24,000 nt of DNA from Roseobacter sp. MED193 (GTDB taxonomy: Bacteria > Pseudomonadota > Alphaproteobacteria > Rhodobacterales > Rhodobacteraceae), in the NCBI RefSeq assembly GCF_000152965.1, contig NZ_CH902583.1, positions 717,343 to 741,342 of the forward strand, written 5' to 3'. The translations under genes were made by a program, and so were the position numbers. A model generated the notes under the pieces. It did not search any database. It saw nothing but the letters and a program-made list of their open reading frames with translations, and had not been told where the DNA came from. The stretch's first letter is position 1, and each line of letters opens with the position of its first letter. Shown in pieces: positions 17,182 to 22,425 of this stretch.

Positions 17182-18267
17182 TCAAAATACCAAGAAGGCA
17201 AGTATAAGCGCAAGAACTATAAAGCTAATAATTGTGGAGAAAGGTCCACCACCTTCAGGTTGAGGGGGTTTTCCTTGCTCTAGTCTCTTAAAAATATGTC
17301 TTACTCTCGACTGCCAATTTTCAGGAAGTTCAAAATTTATTGTTCTGCTAATGGTCAGTGGTTCTTTGGAGCCAGATTCTTCATGCCTTATTGCTTCTTC
17401 CAGGGCGTCATTCAGAGTTTTTGGGATGCTGGCCAACTTTAATGCTTGCGAACCAAGCTGACCAGCAGCAACCGATTTGCATTCTTCGTACTCATCTGAG
17501 ACAATCGTAGATCTCACGCGCTCTTCGTGCGCAACAATCTGATCTAGCCAGTGAGACAATAGTTGGCAGGTGTGATGGATTTCCTCAATGTTACCTTCTT
17601 CTCCGCGATCACCCCAGCTTGAACTTAACCGGTCAAGCAGCTTTGAAGCTGGTTCTACCATCGCTAACATTTCTCGAATTCGTTGATCTAACCATGCTAG
17701 TAAGTCGTCGTCAGAAATGTGCTCGCCAACCGTATTGTACATTCCATCTTCAAGGTCTCTTAGTTTTCGAAAACTTGATTTGGTAAGGTATTGAAACAGT
17801 TCAGCCGTCAAGCGATATTCCCATCCTTGAGGCTTGTCGCGAACAATGCGTTTTATGATGGCTGGGTATTCTGCAAATTCATCAATAGCATTATCATCAA
17901 TCTCTGCTTGAATGCGATCACTTTCGCTGCCGAGTTCCTTTAAAGTGATTTCCTCCCGCTTCTCTCTCCACGCATATAAAAGTTCAGTGGAGTATAGGCT
18001 TTCATCGGCGTCAACTTTACGATGGCAATTTCGGCACAGCCAAATACCATTAGTAATCGCAGACCGCGCAAGGTTTGTTTGCGTGCCATCGTATCGAGGA
18101 GCGCTAGGGCGAGCCCCTGAAATATGAGCGGCCTCTCCAATGATGGTAGCTTTTTCGGAAGAGGAGTTTGGTCCAACCGTGCTCACACCGCAATCAATAT
18201 TTGAACATCGATAGCCAGCTCTTTTTGCTAACGTGTCTACAGTTTTCTTTGGAAAATCTGGGCTCAT
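17182..18267 (-). CDS. HNH endonuclease-domain protein with unknown helical domain and C-terminal membrane anchor (361 aa)
   Basis: The N-terminus has the HNH zinc-finger pattern C21-x4-C26 ... 'GEAAHI' (H48) ... 'NGIWLCRNCHRKVD' (N73, C78, C81, H82). An uncharacterised helical region of roughly 200 aa follows. The last 20 residues, 'PFSTIISFIVLALILAFLVF', are hydrophobic. The start is placed at ATG 18267, because the ORF-track extension to 18426 overlaps the neighbouring remnant and looks non-coding. The SD is weak. Confidence 0.7.
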   Translation of the reverse strand: MSPDFPKKTVDTLAKRAGYRCSNIDCGVSTVGPNSSSEKATIIGEAAHISGARPSAPRYDGTQTNLARSAITNGIWLCRNCHRKVDADESLYSTELLYAWREKREEITLKELGSESDRIQAEIDDNAIDEFAEYPAIIKRIVRDKPQGWEYRLTAELFQYLTKSSFRKLRDLEDGMYNTVGEHISDDDLLAWLDQRIREMLAMVEPASKLLDRLSSSWGDRGEEGNIEEIHHTCQLLSHWLDQIVAHEERVRSTIVSDEYEECKSVAAGQLGSQALKLASIPKTLNDALEEAIRHEESGSKEPLTISRTINFELPENWQSRVRHIFKRLEQGKPPQPEGGGPFSTIISFIVLALILAFLVF

Positions 18268-18319
18268 AGATGACGTCTTTTTGAACTTTTTCTTTACAGC
18301 TATTGACAAGTTTCCTTCT

Positions 18320-18751
18320 TCATTGATCAGGAAACAAACCCGGCATCCAGCGTCCAGCAAGAGATGCAGAAAAAACGAGCCTGAGTGGCGCACGTGTGCT
18401 GTCAGATGCAATGGCTCCTGTTTCAATCAGAGCGCCGGTCACTCTTCGGGCCGCACGGTCGCTGACACCTAGTATGCCGGGAATGTTGGATCTAGGAACA
18501 GTACCATTGTAGAGCAGTTCCCGTAGGACTAGGTCAGATTTTGACGGAAGTCTGCCCAAGCGCATTTCTTCTTCAGCCCACATTAATATGCGTTCTCGTA
18601 GAGCATCTGGTTTCATGAGTGTCGCCATGAAATCCACTTGGTCGATGCACACCCCAAGGAAAAACTCTACAAATGAGGCGAGAGCGCTTTCGCTAAGTGT
18701 ACCCCTATTGCTCTTTTCTGAACATAGGTACTCGCTTCGAAACTCAGCGAT
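18320..18751 (-). pseudogene. 5'-truncated remnant resembling the C-terminal wHTH region of Fic/DOC-family proteins
   Basis: The open frame extends upstream of the called GTG to a stop at 18752-18754. It reads 'IAEFRSEYLCSEKSNRGTLSESALASFVEFFLGVCIDQVDFMATLMKPDALRERILMWAEEEMRLGRLP...RAARRVTGALIETGAI...PLRLVFSASLAGRWMPGLFP'. This matches my memory of Fic-protein C-termini ('...FFL.VC.DQV.FM...P.L..RI...R.ARR.L..L...G.L...P..L.FP......W.PGLFP'). No Fic core 'HPFxxGNGR' is present. Confidence 0.45.
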
Positions 18752-18822
18752 TTACGAGACTAAAAAGAGACTAAATCCGCTGTTGGGCTTGCTCATTTCC
18801 TCATAAGTGCTTGATTTTGTTT

Positions 18823-18867
18823 GGAGGCGAGTACCGGAATCGAACCGGTGTACACGGATTTGCAATT
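18823..18867 (-). other. 3' half of tRNA-Cys(GCA) with no 5' half; putative attachment-site scar
   Basis: The minus strand reads 'aTTGCAAATCCGTGTACACCGGTTCGATTCCGGTACTCGCCTCCA'. That gives an anticodon loop uuGCAaa, an anticodon 3' stem, a T-arm ACCGG-TTCGATT-CCGGT, an acceptor 3' strand, discriminator U and an encoded CCA. It is close to E. coli tRNA-Cys as I recall it ('GGAUUGCAAAUCCGU...CCGGUUCGA.UCCGG'). Upstream sequence ('ttttaaga') cannot form the anticodon stem, D-arm or the acceptor 5' strand 'GGCGAGT'. Confidence 0.8.
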
Positions 18868-18993
18868 CTTAAAATCTTGTTTCCTGTGGGTTCCTGCGCT
18901 TTCAAAATCGTTTGAAACCATTGACTTATGAATTTTCAGGAATCAGGGTGAAGTCGTGTCTACAACTAAAAACGCCACCAAACCGCCACCAAA

Positions 18994-20097
18994 ATGCAAG
19001 CAAAACTCACAGAAACATATATCACCAAACTGAAGCACAAATCAGAACGGTATGATGTTCGCGACACGGTCGAGCGGGGCTTAGTGCTACGCGTCGGCAA
19101 GAAATTCGGCGCGAAACATTGGCATACGTTTGTTTATCGCGGATCAAAACGCCGAATGGTTCGCTTGGGATTATTCCCGCATATGTCGGTGCGTGATGCA
19201 CGCATGGCAGCCATCCAAGCCAAAGCGAATGCGAACGCTCCTTGGACACCTGAGCACATCAAAACGGTGGCTGATCTGTTCGAAGAGTATCGAAAAGCAC
19301 GAGAGCCAAAAATGCGCGCATGGCGTGACGTTCAATCCGCTTGGGATGTCTGGGGGGAGGAGTTCTTAGGTTATCTGAAATTGACCGATGTTTCGATCCA
19401 TCATGGGCGTGAACTACGCAATCATGTTTCAAAGAAATCGACTGAGCTGCGCGGGAGTGCCGTAATTAGATACATTCGACCTATGTTTTCATGGGCGGTT
19501 GATGAAAGTCTGATCGATGAAAATCCTTGGGCAGGATTGAAGGCTACGGCGATTGCCACACCGCGTGATCGAGTGTTGACGAATGAAGAATGGCAAAAGG
19601 TATGGGGTGCCACGTTTAAGGATAACCTCGGGGCGTATTTCAGGTTTCTGATGTTATCGGCGCAGCGCAAAGACAATGTTGCCAGCATGAAATGGGATGA
19701 GATTCAGGGCAATCTTTGGACGATCCCCGCTGAAAAATTCAAAGCGACAAAGAAGGAGAGCGCAAAAGCCCACGAGGTGCCGCTGACACCTGCGTTAATG
19801 GAGATTTTGGAAAATCAGCCCAAACGAGGGCCGTTTGTGTTTGGGCCAACCGGTTTAAAGCAGCTGCGACTCGGTTCACGTGAAAAGGACCGCTTGGCAA
19901 AGAAGGCAGGTGTAGATGACTGGCGGCTTCATGATTTGCGCCGAACCGCTGCAACGAGGATGACGGAGAACAAAATCCCAAGATTCATCGTTGAGCGCGT
20001 TCTTGGCCACGCGGACCGAAGCGTTACTGCGGTCTATGATCGGGCAAATTACAGAGAAGAAAAGAGGCAGGCATTAAACGAATTATCGAAAAACTGA
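18994..20097 (+). CDS. int: tyrosine integrase, P4-like (DUF4102-type N-terminus)
   Basis: 367-aa ORF. The N-terminus 'KLTETYITKLKHKSERYDVRDTVERGLVLRVGKKFGAKHW' fits the P4-integrase arm-binding domain pattern. The catalytic residues are 'SAQRKDNV' (Arg), 'LHDLRRTAATRM' (HxxR) and 'VLGHADRSVTAVYDRANY' (His...Tyr). It lies 126 nt from the tRNA-Cys fragment. Confidence 0.9.
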   Translation: MQAKLTETYITKLKHKSERYDVRDTVERGLVLRVGKKFGAKHWHTFVYRGSKRRMVRLGLFPHMSVRDARMAAIQAKANANAPWTPEHIKTVADLFEEYRKAREPKMRAWRDVQSAWDVWGEEFLGYLKLTDVSIHHGRELRNHVSKKSTELRGSAVIRYIRPMFSWAVDESLIDENPWAGLKATAIATPRDRVLTNEEWQKVWGATFKDNLGAYFRFLMLSAQRKDNVASMKWDEIQGNLWTIPAEKFKATKKESAKAHEVPLTPALMEILENQPKRGPFVFGPTGLKQLRLGSREKDRLAKKAGVDDWRLHDLRRTAATRMTENKIPRFIVERVLGHADRSVTAVYDRANYREEKRQALNELSKN

Positions 20098-20132
20098 ACG
20101 CAAGAGTTGCACCCGTTCATTGGCTGAATGCT

Positions 20133-20909
20133 GTGAACTATTTTATTGATCAGAATCTTGGGAGTGATGTGTATTCAAACAGGGGCGACTTTTCTTTTGA
20201 TGGGCCAGTCGTTGAACCTGAGATGGATGCTTTCGATGCGCAAAATCGAGTTGTGGCCATCGCGGATCACTACACGGCGATCATAAATTCGAGCGAAACT
20301 GTTCTTTTCTATCTTTGCTTTGACCTGTCTATCGGAATCGTTAAGCGAAAGACTGGGTATGCGATGGATCCGATTTGGGCCAACGGCGTCTATGAAGCAG
20401 CGAAAGTCGATTTCAAAGTGTACACGCGTTTGGCTGAAGTGGTCAGTGAAAACCTCACCTTGAATGTTGCAGTTCCAGCAAAATTGAGAGTTTTCGCTGG
20501 CGAGGTAATGTCAGGGATGTTTCCGGTTCCTAACAAACAGGGGCCAGCGATTACACGAGACAAATTGCGCAACTTGGCAATCTTTGAGAGCGTAGATTTC
20601 CTATGTGAGAAGTTGGGGATGCAATTTGAATCGGACGCGAAGGAAACGTGCCCGAATGCGACCGCTTTGGTGTCTGACGGTTTTTCCCATGTCGAATATG
20701 TGAATAGCAGCTTGGGCAAGCCGACGCCCAGCGTCATCAAGCGCATCTGGAAAAGAGAACACCGCGCGCAAATGCGCTATGAGGTGTCAATGCTGCGATG
20801 GCTTGAAAATAAAGAGAAATCAAACAGGTGGTATAAAAAATTCGGATTTATGTTCTGGATGAACAGAAATCTCCAAAATCTAAACACATGCGTTTCCCGG
20901 CAACGCTAA
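20133..20909 (+). CDS. orphan hypothetical protein (up to 258 aa)
   Basis: Clean low-GC ORF directly downstream of int. The called start at 20133 is a GTG without an SD. Alternatives are GTG 20169 (after GGGAG) and ATG 20223. No motif recognised. Confidence 0.5.
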   Translation: MNYFIDQNLGSDVYSNRGDFSFDGPVVEPEMDAFDAQNRVVAIADHYTAIINSSETVLFYLCFDLSIGIVKRKTGYAMDPIWANGVYEAAKVDFKVYTRLAEVVSENLTLNVAVPAKLRVFAGEVMSGMFPVPNKQGPAITRDKLRNLAIFESVDFLCEKLGMQFESDAKETCPNATALVSDGFSHVEYVNSSLGKPTPSVIKRIWKREHRAQMRYEVSMLRWLENKEKSNRWYKKFGFMFWMNRNLQNLNTCVSRQR

Positions 20910-20948
20910 TCATTCTGAGTGCATGCAGATGAATCACAGGAGTCAGCG

Positions 20949-21164
20949 ATGCATGCAGAAGAAACACAGAATGACGAGTTGCAGGAGTACTACCGCGCCG
21001 CAGAGGCCGCCGCCTATCTGAAGATATCCGAAAGCCAACTTTCCAAGTTGCGGATGCAGAAAAACCGCGCACGTGGTCCTAAGTTTGCCAATATCGCAGG
21101 TTGCATCCTGTATCGGCGCGTAGATTTGGATGCTTGGATCCTGTCGAAGATCGTTTCTGCATAG
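20949..21164 (+). CDS. excisionase-family/MerR-like HTH DNA-binding protein (71 aa)
   Basis: ATG at 20949 lies 7 nt after AGGAG (20937-20941). 'YYRAAEAAAYLKISESQLSKLRMQKNRARGPKFANIAGCILYRRVDLDAWI' fits the HTH_17/excisionase pattern. Confidence 0.7.
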   Translation: MHAEETQNDELQEYYRAAEAAAYLKISESQLSKLRMQKNRARGPKFANIAGCILYRRVDLDAWILSKIVSA

Positions 21165-21175
21165 CGGGGGCGATC

Positions 21176-21964
21176 ATGGCAGTGAAATACTACGCACAGA
21201 TCGACTTTGATCTGTTTTCAAACCCAAAATATCGAGCGCTTTCGTCCAATGATATCCGTTACATTTATCTGGCGGCGCATTGTTCGAAACTGAGTAACTA
21301 CATTGGTCTGTTTCGCTATCCAGTAGATATTTGGAGCTACGATGCGAGTGCCAAGCCGCTAGAGATAGAGGCCGCAATTTCTGAACTTCAGCGTTGCGAC
21401 CTCATAGAATACGACTTTGAATATCAAACGCTGCGTCTGGTTGGCTGGTTCAGTTCCCTGAATGCCCCGAACAATGGCAACCAAATGAAAGGCCACATCA
21501 AGAGCTTTTCGGGTTTGCCAACATGTCCGCCAGAAATGTTTTGTCGTGCCGTGTCCGAGTTCACGGTCTCAAGTTTCAAGCAGGCGTTGTCATGGGAAGA
21601 CCTAAGCCCGGAACACAAGAAAGTTCACGATGCCTTCAGGACGTTTTTGAAGGCGCAGTTTTTCAAATACGGCGATGACTTCAATCTGATCCTGATGGAC
21701 GAGATCAACAAACGCGGCAGGGTGACATTTGGCGCGATCCAGTCCTGCTATCAGATGTTGCCGAGCGAAGGGCTGCATAGCGTGCAACCCTTTCGCAAGG
21801 GTATCGAAACCCTTTCGAAACAAGAGAAGAAAAAAGAGGAAAAAACAATAAATCAAAAAACCTTAAACGTTTCGCCGCCTCGTAATTCCAGCGTCACAGA
21901 CAAGCCAAGTTCTTCAGCCCTCAATAGCGAGATCGCCAAACAGGCGCGCAAGGAGCTGATTTGA
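21176..21964 (+). CDS. hypothetical protein, possibly replisome-organizer/replication-initiator-like (262 aa)
   Basis: ATG at 21176 follows GCGGGGG. The N-terminus 'KYYAQIDFDLFSNPKYRALSSNDIRYIYLAAHC' resembles the phage replisome-organizer N-terminal pattern ('W.kl..d.fd..K...L......iYi.Ll'). The C-terminus is Lys/Glu/Ser-rich. The functional call is weak. Confidence 0.45.
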   Translation: MAVKYYAQIDFDLFSNPKYRALSSNDIRYIYLAAHCSKLSNYIGLFRYPVDIWSYDASAKPLEIEAAISELQRCDLIEYDFEYQTLRLVGWFSSLNAPNNGNQMKGHIKSFSGLPTCPPEMFCRAVSEFTVSSFKQALSWEDLSPEHKKVHDAFRTFLKAQFFKYGDDFNLILMDEINKRGRVTFGAIQSCYQMLPSEGLHSVQPFRKGIETLSKQEKKKEEKTINQKTLNVSPPRNSSVTDKPSSSALNSEIAKQARKELI

Positions 21965-22425
21965 TGTCCGGTTCCCCGCAAAGAGCAAGGTTACCCTCCG
22001 ATTACATCGGCGGGACTTGTGAGGGGCGGCAAGCCTCCCCTTCAAACCCCAACCCGACGCGCGCAAGCGGCGTCAAAGAGGGCCTTTCCGAGAGCGTGAT
22101 CTTTCGATGCACACCGTCGGAGAAGGCAGCGCTTGTGGCCAAAGCGCGCGCCGCTGGCCTGCCCAACGCCACGCTGATGCGTGAGGCCTTGGGGCTGGCT
22201 GAGGCACGTCGGCGCAAGCCCGTCCCCCGTGTTGACCCGAAGCTGACCTTTGCGATTGCCCGCGTCGGCGGCAACCTCAATCAGCTCTCCCGCTGGATCA
22301 ACGGAGCGGTCAAATCCGGCCGCGCGAGCCAGATCGATGCGCTCAAGGTCGCGACACAACTGGTGGTCATCGAGCGGCAGATGGCGCAGATCGTGGCGGC
22401 ACACACAGGCGATAACTGCGAATGA
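21964..22425 (+). CDS. mobC: MobC/MbeC-family relaxosome accessory protein (RHH)
   Basis: 'IFRCTPSEKAALVAKARAAGLPNATLMREALGL' (RHH) and 'ARVGGNLNQLSRWIN' (MobC signature). ATG 21964 overlaps the preceding stop (TGATG). An alternative in-frame GTG at 22096 would remove a low-complexity 44-aa N-terminus. The stop overlaps the relaxase start (ATGA). Confidence 0.8.
   Translation: MSGSPQRARLPSDYIGGTCEGRQASPSNPNPTRASGVKEGLSESVIFRCTPSEKAALVAKARAAGLPNATLMREALGLAEARRRKPVPRVDPKLTFAIARVGGNLNQLSRWINGAVKSGRASQIDALKVATQLVVIERQMAQIVAAHTGDNCE

Noticed and set aside
18268-18426. N-terminal 53 codons of the 414-aa ORF-track call for the HNH gene
   Set aside because: The extension overlaps the 3' end of the Fic-like remnant and has a non-protein-like sequence ('HLTAHVRHSGSFFLHLLLDAGCRVCFL'). 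The HNH domain begins right after the internal ATG at 18267.
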